Notes under the pieces: model-generated
Told to the model about the DNA's origin: nothing
Databases searched by the model: none
The model's input: the letters and a program-made list of their open reading frames with translations, nothing else
Shown here: in pieces, positions 51,516 to 64,000 of the stretch
Layout of the letters: each line of letters starts with the position of its first letter
Position numbering within the stretch: position 1 is the first letter of the stretch
Source: Ylistrum balloti
Lineage: Eukaryota
Assembly (NCBI RefSeq): GCF_031769215.1
Contig: NW_026782331.1
Span: 124,001 to 188,000, forward strand
DNA: 64,000 nt
Reading direction: 5' to 3'
Position numbers and translations under genes: made by a program

Positions 51516-53338
51516 CTGTAAAACCAAAGAGAGTTTTATAGTCTAAAGAGAAAACGGGAAGATATTCAATCGTAAGAATGGTTAAATTTTGGTACTCACT
51601 AATTTAGAATAAAAACAAATTATTGAGTTATCGAATGTATCCGGTGCTGGTTAAATGAAATTGAAAACGTTTCCAGGGGACACGTATATGTTGTGTACAA
51701 AATGGTATTGAACACTGTTTGGTGTTGCTTAATTAGAAAAACGTAAAATTATTCGTAAATTTCGAATATCTAAAAATAAATTTCCAGTAGAAGTAGGGTG
51801 ATGGAAAGGAATACAGCGGTTGAATCGAATAGGTCCATTATATAATTATGGTATCGGGGATAAATTTCATTTCTATCTGTGTGTGGAAAGGATAATTTAA
51901 CATACTTACAGATTGAAATATATCCCAGTGTATTATAACAACAATCAAAACCATCACAAAATCAAAGGAATATTCACAATCTTTGACTAAAGGTTACTTA
52001 TGAGTATAATTCTGTTTCAGTAAATTATTTTTTTTTTAAATGTCGTGTTTATTATAACAAAATGAATTTATAATTGTTATTTAATGTTTAAAATAAGCTC
52101 TGCTGTTTACAATTATAATATGTTTACGTTTCTGTATCTCGACATACACACATTTAGTATTTGTCTTTCTGGTAAATATTTAACATCGTAAGTCACTGAT
52201 ATTAATAATATACACAGATCAAAACAAAACTCGTCATATATGATACGCAATGTGTTTTCCTTCTTTCTTAAATCACCACGGAATGACGTGTTCGCTACAG
52301 TTTTGGTGAGTCGATATTCATGATCATGTTTAGTTTAAACATATTTTATTCAACAAAGTTGTAAATGGATTGGGCACACGTTGTTTCAACTTATAATATG
52401 TCAATGCTGTATAACCGATTGTATCGACAAGTTATATGACGAACTATCTTTAAACGTCCATAGATATGTGTCAAAATATGAAAATGATATAGAAGCTTCA
52501 CACATTTTAAGCAGCAAAGTGGGGGAGGGGGAGGGGTTACTGTGACAGGCAAAAGGAGGGGGCTGCTGTGACAGGAATCCGGAGTGTTACGGGAAACACC
52601 TGTATATATGTCATTTTTAAGATATGTTAGAGTTAAACTACAAATATAAGTGATAAGTGATTTGTACGGTGGGGACAGAGGGAAGAGGGGCGCCGAGTTT
52701 ACGGTAGCAGGAATCCGGAGTATTAGGGGATACCCCTGTATATGTCAGTTTTAATATTCTTTAGAGTGAGACTACAAATATAAGTGATGCTAAAAAGGTA
52801 GTTATGGCAAGTCAGGACAACTTGCTAAATAGTGCCAGTTTACATTTCTGGTGTGTAACAATGAACTTGCTTTCATCCATCCCAACAAATAACGAGAGGG
52901 TTTATTGCTGCTGTTTCTTACCTTGTCTGAATCATATTGAAAAATGTTTCCTCGATGTTCTCTTAATCCTTTCCTTCTTAAGTTCTTGAAATACTCATGA
53001 TATCACAAAAACACACCAAATCCTTGTAAATGTCGAAAGCTGCAAGTTCGTGTACATGTAGACTACTGAATGTTTTTAAACCATTTCCAATGCAGTTCGT
53101 TACACCTGACCGAGTATTTAGGTCAGTAAGTCATATGCACATATTGCCACAACGTAAGGTATTACTATGTAAAAACAATTCGTGATAAGTCTTGGCTGAA
53201 AAAAATACTTCTACGATTCTTTCTGTAGTAAGAAATAATGAGAACAGAGGTTGTTCAACTTCACACTAAAATATCTCCAAATAAGTTAAGAGTAAGATTG
53301 TATACAAAATATACTAGAGCCAAGCAATGGATTAAACT

Positions 53339-53382
53339 GCATCCTACAGCTGTTTCGTCCGTCTAGGTCTCGTCAGTGATGC
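53339..53382 (-). ncRNA. Minimal type I hammerhead ribozyme motif (Penelope-like-element type), slightly degenerate
   Basis: Minus strand GCATCA-CTGACGA-GACC TAGAC GGAC-GAAA-CAGCTG-TA-GGATGC. It has the CUGANGA and GAAA boxes, a palindromic short stem III, a GUA cleavage triplet and stem I GCATC/GATGC. There is one mismatch in stem II and one at the base of stem I. Confidence 0.65.
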
Positions 53383-55587
53383 CACGGCCCTAAAATTTTG
53401 AATCCTAGAAGGCGACTGAGGAAAATCCAAAGTGATCAAAAGAAAAGCCAAAACTAGATGGGAGGTACACTAGTTCCGTGAATCAATAAATTTCGTTATT
53501 TTCATATAAACTTTTACAATTACAGTATATTCCTAGACTGAAAGATCTCCTTGTTTTGTTATGGGGGCGACGGGGGTGGTAGATATATATATATATATAT
53601 ATATATATAATAACATGTAACAATCTTTTTGGTATCGTTTTTATCAGTCGTCAACCAGGCAGCATTTGATCAGTCTAATATCTTAACGGTATTGTTATCG
53701 GTCGAAGCACGGGACACGTAACTCGCTGATAAAATAAATAACATTTAGTCGCTATGTTCTCTATTGTCTAAGTTACCGCATTGTATATCCAGAATATTTA
53801 TCAATTTCTTCCCGCAGTTACAGAAGCATGTTGAATCCTTTATCGCCAAAACTCAAATGGACGATACATGATAAGGCGATCGTCTGTTGTGTAAAACTTC
53901 TCTGAGTGAAGGGTGTTACGCCTGGGTAGATTTATAGGCCGGCTATTGACACTGACATACATGGTATGAACCCTATATCATGATAACTGTATTACGACAG
54001 TCTCTAACTTGTTTTGCACCTATGCAGCACATGTGAATGACCTAGTTAAAAACCACCTTTGCAGCATTCATTCTCTTTGTTTCCTCCAAATTAAAGATTT
54101 TTATAAACAGAGCAATATACTTTACAAAGAAGACGTTGATAATCTTGCATTATCGGTGACTATTAAGGATCTACAATATATCGTGTATATCATCATTAGC
54201 AATGTCTTGCATACATATATTGTGTACGTACACTGTACATGTATATTTATGTATTTTTCATAATTTTCGTATTCAGCCGAAATTAAACATATTCGGAAGA
54301 CGGCGGAAACATTAATCAAAGCCGTACAAATGTAGATATGAAAAAAGTCATCGCTTCCAAACTGTTTCACTATAGTACTGTTATCAGAACGTATGATTTA
54401 GACTGAAGACCAAGTTTCTGCAATTTATATTGAAACCCATCATGTTATGTACGGTGTCGGAGGCTTTATCACTGCAAAGAAACCCTACATGTACATTAGT
54501 TTCCTCTTGTCGATGTATAACGTCTAGAAGTGTTGTTGTCTGTTTGGAAATGATCTATGCTTGTTTGTTTGTTTACCATCTTCTTCATAAAACGTAACAA
54601 TAAAGTGATATCACCTACAATAGAGATACCACTACAACAAATTGGTATTATAAACTTAATGAATAGGTGACATTACCATGATTAGCAGGTGGTACCGCCA
54701 AAAATGAAAAGTTGGTATCTTATGGGTAAAATGTAAAACGACATCTCACAATGTGGCTGCTGCCCATCTTACTGCCTTCATTCCTTTTTCCTCCCTTCCT
54801 TCTGTTTTTTCTTTCTTTCTTAGTTTTCCCTTGACATTTAGCGCCATATTATCATGGCTGTTGCGAAGACGTTAATCCCCGGGAAACATAAAGTATCACC
54901 ATCTGTGTCGTACTAAAATTAATACTCTGAGTTACAGGTTTCAGTGACAAGATTATGGACTACCCAATTTCTGATGCCCCTTCAGTATTTATTCACCATT
55001 TTTTCTCTTAAATGTTTTTATCATTATGAAGAAAAATGTTATTTCGGAGATTCGGTGGTTTATTCAAATGACTGCTAATGTGATAATTTTACAATAATTA
55101 CTTCTAATATAGAAAAAAACATCGATTTTTCTGAAATATTACTTGACATGGCCTATCAAAATTATAAAAGAAATCAAACATTCGATTTTTCGATGTCAAA
55201 ATTATTATTTTTTTGATAAAGTTAAGGGAATAAAGAGTAAACCGGCATATCATTCAAAAATATATTAAGAACATCGAATTTTTCTTTTTTAATTTACTTT
55301 CACTTTCGAAGTATGACAGAGTGATTGACCCTTACATCCGGTACAAATCAACATGGCTGCTTCCATGAGAGATTGACCGGCATCAGTATTATTTCTGCAA
55401 AACGAATGGGACATTGTCATTTCAACCGTCTTTTCATAAGTTGTATTTCTTGTTTCTAATGTGACGTTAGTAACATGTTTATCCATATAACCAATAAGTG
55501 TTCTTAAAAAATGACTATCCCAAGAAATCAGAAGTGAAAAAACAGACAAAGGCTTCCATCAGAGTGAACATTGACTTCTATTGAATC

Positions 55588-58500
55588 ATGGATCAGATGA
55601 TATCAAAAGTGTCCAAGTTTGCGCCCACCAATGAATTCCTGTTACAGGGAAGCATCATGGAGAATGCACATGACGTTCTTCTCCACAGACTGCGTGGTTT
55701 ATGTGACAACTCGGACAGTCCTTTTGAAACCTTCACCGACCACGAAATGTTTTTCTCAATAAGTATGATTTTTCCATTCATTATTATCGTATTGACAACA
55801 AATATAGACTACAAATATAAACGTAACAATATAAACTTTATGTAATTCACACGAATTGCGATGTAAGCATATCAGAAGCCTATATTTAAATACTCTTGCT
55901 GGAACGGATCTTAATCTTATGAGGGATTCCTCCTCGGGACTCGTCTATATCGGACGATTGACAATGTCCCTCGTCGGCCAAGAAGGAATTCCACAAATGT
56001 TTGGGATTTAACTTGCTTCATGATGGGGCAATTAACCACATTACTTTTGTAACGTAAATAAAATTGATTATTTTAAAAGATATGTTGAAATGATTTACCT
56101 TATGAAAAATATCACCAACCATAGGGACTTGGCACGCTCCTATGCTCCACATATATATGTATTACAGCTATTATACAGAAATATATGGACAGTGAGTTGC
56201 CAAGTCTCTTTGTTACCAACAATATACCATGTGCTATTATCTATGATCTTCACCTTAGAAAATAGGAGAATAAAATATTGATCTTCTTATTTAAAACACT
56301 TCATATCTGAAATCTCATAACAGAATAGTGTGCCAATGACTGAATTAGTAACTGTAAGAACTTAAATTTCATTTGCATGTTTTTTTTATAGAAAATACAA
56401 CCATTACACAGCCCCTCAGTTTGAGAGTCAGACACTCACTGGTTGAACAAGACTCCTGGTAAGTAAATATTTCAATATCTCAGGAAAATAGATTGAAACA
56501 AAACTGAAATAGATGATTACAATAACACATTAATTAAATGATGTCTGAGTTTAACCATGAAGAAGAGACTTCAGGATAAAAACACAAAATTAATTGAATT
56601 TTAAAGTTTTTAAATTGATGTTCACCATACATGCACATAGTGTCAGTTTCTTTCATTATTTTTCTTTTTGATCCAGTGATGATTTCTTTTCATATCTAAC
56701 CAATTAAAAATCAACGTCGTGACATCAGTGATTATGCGATACTGAAGTAGTGTCAAATGTCAAAGGAAGAAAAACAATCCTTAGTTACAGACCAATTTCT
56801 AAGAAGTTTAAGAAAATTTTTTTTCTATAATAGCTTGATGTGAAAAATATCCGACTTGGCAAGTCCAGGGGAAGATCTAAGGTGTGTACTCCAGTCCCTC
56901 CTCAAGGCTGTTGGTGTTTCTGAGGGAGCTTAATGATCACAGATTATGCCATGCTATCGTGGTTGTGTCTTTGATCAAGGAACTTTGCCCCAATATTACT
57001 TTGAATAACATACACCAGCTAGGCCTCCTGAATGTTGCTAGTGAGATTGTAGGCTGACCCAACCTCAAGATGACACATACTTTTCATTGGGCGTAAACAA
57101 GTTATATGTTATTTCAGGCAGGTGAGATATGCAGGTATGGCTGAGATGGGAGACAAGAATCGCCCGACCATGGTTAGACACGTGATAGACTGCAGTTCTT
57201 CTGACAATATCGTTCAATTCCTTAATGAACTGGGATTCAGGTAAAACACTATAATTACAAATACATGTAGACATTACTCAAGAATTTTAGTTTTGTCCTC
57301 CGGGTAATTACCATGTTTTCTCCATTTCCAGTATTTATTTCATGATATTACAATAAAATGTACAGCTGTGTTTATGCACTGAATGGTTACCAACTTACAC
57401 ATAAAAAATTATTATGCTCCCTGAAAATCTTCATCGGAGCATATGGTCGCTGCCTTGTACTCATATAATCCATGAGCTCCAGCAGGTAGAGTAGTTATGT
57501 TATCTATTGTCTAGAGATATCTACCATAAATTGGGTTCAAGATTTATCTGAAACATACTATATTCCATAATACATACTGGTATACATGTTGCTGGGTATT
57601 TTTGAAAACACATGTACATTACTGCAAGATTTGACATTTCAATTATGGCAGTGTCATTTGTTAATTTCGATAGAAGTATGATATATAAGATTACAATGTG
57701 TCTATTGTGTGAAATAACAAAACGAAAATCTAACTTTTGACATTTAAATGTATGAAATACTTTCCATGGCCTAGTCTCCAGGTAACAGTGTGAAATAACA
57801 AAAAAACAAATATATTCATGATGAACATTTTGGATTTGTCACATAACTTCCCTGTATAACAGTATATATAAAAATATTAAAAATTAATGTTGATTTAGTG
57901 AAATATTTTTGACATCAAATAACCAATTGTGCATATGTAAAATATTGTTTCTTTTTATTTTCTCACAGGATGGACCATGAATTCGTCATAAAGGGATTTT
58001 ATTTCCATAAGGGAAAAATGAAAGTGACCGTGTCAAAAATTTATAAGGTTAGTAATGTGCAGTTAGTAATGTACAATCTTATTAACTGTACATTTGAAGA
58101 TAATCAATCATCTACCAGGAGGAGATATTTCACACCCCTATCAACCCTGTGTACCTGCATGAATTTGATATTTAATGTTAGTATCAGTAATTTAATCCTA
58201 TAAATTTGGAGTCCTTGTATTTTACCGAGAATCAATATTTCTTTCTACCAAGTGTCCACCCTGCCTACCTGTATCAATTTTTCACCCCATTATCAACCCT
58301 GTGTACATCTTTATTTCATCCCACCATCACTCCTGTCAACCTGGGGTCGATTTTTCACCCTCATTATATCCACCCTGTTTACTTAGAGTTGATATTTTTA
58401 CATAGTATCCTCCCTGTCTACCTGGGTCACTTTTCCATCCCAGTATCAACCCTGTGTATTTGTTCTGATTGTCTCTTAGATGAATGTGCCTGGTAATACA

Positions 58501-60228
58501 GAGAACTTGGAGCCATTTTCAACATCCAGTCTTGTGGAGCTGTCTGTGGTTACACAGCAATCAGGCGGAGAAGGCATTGCAGAGGACATGAAGAGCTTCT
58601 CTGAACAACTCAAACCGTATCCTTTAAATATGTTTTTTTTTATCATTTATTAACTAAATGTTTTTATTTGTATTCATTTGATTAAGGAAATATTTAACAC
58701 ATTGGTAAAAGGTAATTATTGAATCGATAGAGAAATTCAATAGTTTATCATAGTGTTTGATTTGATAATATTCAGAAAAAGGCAGCACAGTGCAGTCCTG
58801 TGGAGCCAAAATGTTACAAAAAGATATGAAAAGAGAAAGATGAAGTACAGACTTTGTGTATTGCATTAATGAATACGGAGATCCAAACTTACATTAAATG
58901 AATCAAGTAACGATATTTATTTTGGTGATACCAGAGGGTTGCCTGTGCTTGGTAATTAAAGATTATTGTGTGACTATTTTGATATCACAACCTAATTCAA
59001 CCGCAGAACCAATTATGGGTAGGAGTCTGATATCTGGTCATTGTGATATCAGCCCAGGGACTGATTAAGGCCCAGGGTCTGATATCTGGTCTTTGTGATA
59101 TCAGCCCAGGTACTGATTAAGGCTCAAAGTCTGATTTATCGTCTTTGTGATATCAGCCAAAGGATCGATTAAGGCCCAGGGTCTGATATCTAGTGATCAT
59201 AATATCAGGATAAGGACTGATTAAGGCCCAGGTTCAGATATCTGGTCAAGGGCTAATGAAGGGTATGATATTAAGATATGTAGTTATGATATTTTTATGA
59301 CAAATTTTTGAAACAAAACAAAAACTATAATTTACAATTCAGTAATGTTATTGAAAACATATCCCCATCATGATAAAAGGCCTTCAGATGATGCTTATGC
59401 TTAACAAAAGCATCAAAATGTAAAGCTAATATACAGAAAGGGAATGAAGTGTTACAGGCTTGGGCTGGTATATGTACGATAACTTGGTATTAGCCTAGCT
59501 TAGTTACTGAAAAATCACTGGTATGACCATGCAGACAGCACCAATACAATATGGGCAAAATTAACTGTATATAATCATTAGAGACAAAAATGTGATAATA
59601 GGCCCTAACATATATTTGTTCATCGGGTGTATACAGTATTTCATTGTCCTGTGATAAGCCCACCCTCAGACTTTGAATCAGAAGTAATGTTTTGGTCCTT
59701 CGGACTAATTACAGGAGAATTTCAGGTGTCTTCATTTTAAAGCTTTAAAGCTAAGGACACCAAAGAAAGTCCCAGTTATTCAGATGTCTCACGTCAGTGT
59801 TATACCTCATGTCTCTCTGTTCCCTGGACTTGTATTACCTGAATCAGCAGTTCTAGCAGACAAAGTGAACTAGATAATCTGTGGTATGACATTTGGTATA
59901 CAAGTACAGCAATATACAATGATAATAAGAAGAATATTTATTTAGGCAAAATGACAATGGTTACATGAAACATAATTTAAAAGTACCATATAATGTACAT
60001 ATGTCCTAATTTACTTGTATATCTATTATTTTATTATTGTAAGATAATTTAAAAATACAAGTAACTGATATTGTTGATAAAAATGTCATTTTACCTGGGA
60101 TCATCCATCAATACTTATTTCCGATTGGGTCCCTGGTGTTATACATTTGTTCTCATTTAGAAACTTAACTCTAATCCAGACTTGTACAGCTTGAGAAGGT
60201 GGACCACCGACGACTACAAAACATCTAG
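55588..60228 (+). CDS. MED18: Mediator of RNA polymerase II transcription subunit 18. Exons 55588-55762, 56392-56458, 57118-57240, 57969-58047, 58480-58616, 60180-60228 (209 aa).
   Basis: EFLLQGS...HRLRGLCDN...ETFTDHEM; EMGDKNR; LNELGFRMDHEFVIKG; LVELSVV; FSEQLKPLVQLEKVD. All match MED18 as recalled. Phases are consistent; 630 nt total. Confidence 0.95.
58617..60179 (+). other. U12-type (minor spliceosome) GT-AG intron in MED18
   Basis: 5' splice site |GTATCCTTT. Branch-like CTTAAC at 60164-60169, 10 nt before the 3' end, with no polypyrimidine tract. Splicing restores the frame (KP/LVQLEK). Confidence 0.88.
59027..59250. repeat. 52-bp tandem repeat, ~4.5 copies, inside the U12 intron
   Basis: ctgatatct.../ctgatttatc at 59027, 59079, 59131, 59183. 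Confidence 0.85.
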
Positions 60229-62032
60229 ATATTGATCAGATCACTGAGGCTATGGTGGAGGCAAATAGTCACGACCTTCATAAATTCATTTATGATAGAT
60301 AGAAGGTCTTTATGATGGAAGCAAAAAGTCACAGCTTTTATACACTAAGTAATGACAAAATCATGCTTTAATTTTTCTTGACAATTGTAACCATCTTTTT
60401 TGAGATGTTTTGTCAAATTCCAGGAAAAATATTCATCACATTCACTTCTGTCAGGCGAGAAGTTTTCAGGATTTGTGTTTATGACGGAGAAGGTTGATGA
60501 AATTATGCCGCATTAGTGCTAACATCATCTTTACATAGCCAGTAAGGAACCCTCAAAGAAGATCCTCGAAGAACTGTTCAGCTGAAGAAGTCCAGAATGT
60601 TTTATATCCAAGATATAAACTTCCTGTTTATTTGATTACAAGAACAGTTTCTGCAATATTTTAAGCTGTTTAATTCGAGGCTAGCCTCAGACTGGTACTA
60701 CAACACTTTATACTAATGGATATTGTTTTAACACTGGATCCAGTGATCTGAGGTGCTGAAAGGTGAATCACTTAACTTCTGTAACAAGAAGTTGAGAAAA
60801 CGTTTGAGAGTGCTCCTGATGCACTGGGATGTGATTGGTCGATCAAAATGTACTACTACAGAACACGTAGGCTTGTATGTGTATGGGAATTCCATGTTTT
60901 GAAAATACACTCGAGGACCATGTATCTTGTGATTTTCCACATTGACTTGACATTTGGAGCAAATCCCAGGGACATTTCAGTAACATCTTGTTATACTGTA
61001 CACTGTGAAATAAATCTTTTATGAATATTTGGAGTTGATGTTTGTATACAAAGTAAATGATTCGTGTGACTAGTGTTTTTGTAGAGAAGAGAGGTGGAGC
61101 TTCTGTTGTCACCCCGGCATAAACGTCTGTGTTGGTTTCTGAATGTTAAATTAATGGTGCAACTGTTGAAAGTAATAAAAAAGATCCCAAAGTATTAAAA
61201 AAAGTTACAGGTGGATAATCCTTTATAAGTGTACTCCAAAAAGGGTGCTAATTTGGTTGTACTTCCTCAGATATAGCAGTAACAAGATTTTACTCTCAAA
61301 ATCCAAGATGGATTGTCAACTATTACTTCAAATTGAAATTAGAAATTTTTATCCAAAGTCTTTTCTTAATTCATTTTGGACTTTGACTGTATATTTTTTA
61401 GTACTTTCTCAGAAACAAAAATTATCCAAGATTTTTTTTGGTGAAGATGTTGAAAAAGACATACTTTCCAAAAAATAGGTAAAAAACTTCTTAATTGGAT
61501 TTAAGGTCAAACTATTACTTAGGAACCAAGGGGAAACTGCAGGAGTCTCAGAAATGCCTTTTACTTTTTTTTTTGGAGTGAAATATAATTCAATGAAATT
61601 AAATGTTAAATTTTTGTTGCTAGTGTTGAAAGACATCATTTCCTGTTTAAATATCAGTATATTGCTTCAAATTGGAATTAAAAATTTTTATCCAAAGTAT
61701 TTTTTATATAGATTCAGGAAACTTCTTATTTGGATTTAAGGTGAATATTACTTCCAGGAGTCTTGCCTTTTTTTTTGGAGTGAAATATAATTCAATGAAA
61801 TTTAATGTCGAGTTTTTGTTGCCAGTGTTGAAAGACATAATTTCCGGGTTAAATATCAGTATATTGAGATATAGATTAAAGTTGGTGAAATCGCCTCCTA
61901 ATGTTAGTTTTTAGGTTCAGTGATAAACAATGCGAGACGAGCTTTTGTATGTTGACAGTACTGTTAGCATTCATAGCTACTTCATGGCACTTTATAACCA
62001 TTTGTAATTGTGGAATTATCTAGTTGCAATAA

Positions 62033-62111
62033 TAGCTCAGTTGATACAGCCAGGAACATCAAACTTAATGCAACGTCAGGTGAAGATCTGAGGTATGTGT
62101 TTCAGTCCCTA
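62033..62111 (+). mobile_element. Degenerate tRNA-derived SINE head or tRNA pseudogene
   Basis: A-box-like TAGCTCAGTTGATACAGC and B-box-like GTTTCAGTCCC; no intact cloverleaf. Confidence 0.4.
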
Positions 62112-64000
62112 CCTGGGGTAGTTTATTTCAAAGGGTGTTCAAATTACAAAATATCCTGTGTTGTTATAGTTATGTGAGTGCTCAAAACACAGAATAACGT
62201 TACCAAGTTGTTCCTGATGTCATGCAACAGACCTCCCATATGTTACTCATGGACTAACTACTGCATGGAACTTCTGCCTCAAAATGACACTAGCTATATT
62301 GTTCTCACAGGGCAAGAAAACCAGTAAACAGAATGATCAGTTTCTCTATAAATTACCTGTCTACAAAGCCATACATGTAGAATTACTATTACATACCCTT
62401 TAAACTATATGTAGCATCTCAAAAATTTTAAAATGATTTGTGTCTCCAGTTTAAAATCATCTGTGCAAACGCAGTAAAATATACTTGGTAATTTAATTAT
62501 AATTAACGAAACCATCAATAAATAAATAAAATAATAAATAACAACAGATTTATATTCTAAAAAAGTTTTATTCCTGAATTCTCAAAAGAATACATGTAAA
62601 AATACCTGGAATGATGTACGTCTACAGTGAATCAGTGGCAGATTTCAACAGTCAGGAGAACAGAGCTAAACCAGTGGAGCAGAATACAACAAAATGTGTA
62701 CCGTACTTAAAACTGTAAATAGAATATTGTCTTCAGAGAGTGATAATATCTTGTGATTCTGGTACATAAAACCATTACATGGAAGTTATTACATTCACTT
62801 TTTGTTGCAAATTTTTCATAATAGATCATCACAGTTTTTTTTTTTTTTCTTCTAAATATTTTTCTTTAAGTATCAACTTTTCAGAGTAGCTGTAAATTGT
62901 GTTAAGATTTTTAATACTGACAGTAATGGACAGTAGAGTAATGACCATAGTAAGTTATCTATCTTTAATACTGACAAAAGATAAATACAGCTGTGATAAA
63001 AATTACTATTGGTATATACATGGACCTAAAAGCCACTATTTTACATGCAGTAGAAAGTTGTTTTCATCTAATATATGGTTTATTATGCAGACAAAATCAA
63101 AGCCCTTCAAAATATTTTTAAGGAAGCATATTATACTTAAAATTTCAGTCGAGCTTTGTGATACATATTTTTTTTTATTTGAAGGGTAGATAAAGAGGGT
63201 TTTATAAGACAGGTTGTTAATGTATTGTTTTATTAAAATTCAATTTTATATAGAGAAAAAAAATCTATGGTGCTTTTTAAACACAGTTCCATTCTAAAAT
63301 TTTGAATAATAATGAAATATCGGGTTTTAAAATTTGAGTTATGTTATTAAGCTACTTGTAAGAAAACTTCACAGGACTGTCTGGTGACTAAGCTTGTAAC
63401 AGCACATCACTTAAAAAACAATGGAAACTTGTTGACATTCAGACTAGATTGGAAGGGACAAAGGCACCGTTTCTTCTCTAATGCAACTACAGTGAACCAT
63501 GTTTCTAGTGTAATTTGAAATTTCTTACATCAATGCAAAATGATTTCTGTGAAGAAATACAAATATGTAGCAAAATTATACCATAAACACACAACAAACA
63601 TAAAGAAAAAAAGTAACAATATTTGAGCCATACTGGTTACTTCAGTGAACTAGTCACTATTAAATATCTAGTTAAAATGATTGAGACAAGGCAACTTAAG
63701 CCCACTGATTACTGTATCTACACCAAAATAACACAATGTAAATATTATGCATGATATTGTAATGCCCTACATTACAACTCAGAAAAAAAAGAAATTTTGT
63801 CAAAGAGATGAGAATTGAATTAAGTTGATTTCATTACATTTAGCACTAAATTAATTTCTCTGGTAAGGTAGCACATGTATTTTCATTTTCAAACTTTGTA
63901 ACAATAAAATATAAAAAAGCTAATGAAAAATTAGACAGTTGGAAGTTTTTCATCCTAATAAAGACCATATGTAGAGCTATATACCATGTAACATGGAATT

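Noticed and set aside
55289-55549. Minus-strand ORF near MED18 as the CYP first exon
   Set aside because: Its donor-like sites give phase 0 or 1, whereas the CYP exon at 51515 needs phase 2.
60728-61112. Minus-strand ORFs downstream of MED18 as a LINE or gene
   Set aside because: Only vague resemblance to RT tail peptides; not supportable.

Overview
AT-rich eukaryotic (metazoan) genomic DNA with spliceosomal introns and many tandem repeats. It is probably from a mollusc or other lophotrochozoan; this is an inference from repeat types and gene content. From left to right it contains: (1) a spliced + strand gene for a Cys-rich secreted/GPI-type protein with a Thr-rich stalk (~0.6-7.6 kb); (2) a 24-bp coding-like VNTR (~11.2-12.0 kb); (3) a ~23-kb head-to-tail array of ten near-identical ~2,312-bp units (14,386-37,380), each carrying an intronless - strand gene for a ~185-aa Tpt1/KptA-family (RNA 2'-phosphotransferase/ADP-ribosyltransferase fold) protein; (4) a decayed RTE-X-like LINE; (5) a spliced mitochondrial-clan cytochrome P450 on the - strand with two large intronic satellites; (6) MED18 on the + strand, whose last intron is U12-type. 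The main discovery is in the array. Each Tpt1-like gene is built like a replication-dependent histone gene: tandemly repeated, intronless, with a CCAAT+TATA promoter. 19 nt after the stop codon it has a histone-type 3' stem-loop (AAAC-GGCCCT-TTCT-AGGGCC-ACA), then a second one (AAAC-AGCCCT-TTTT-AGGGCT-AACA), then a purine-rich downstream element. This suggests a non-histone enzyme gene plugged into SLBP/U7 histone-mRNA processing. All assignments were made by eye, without database searches.
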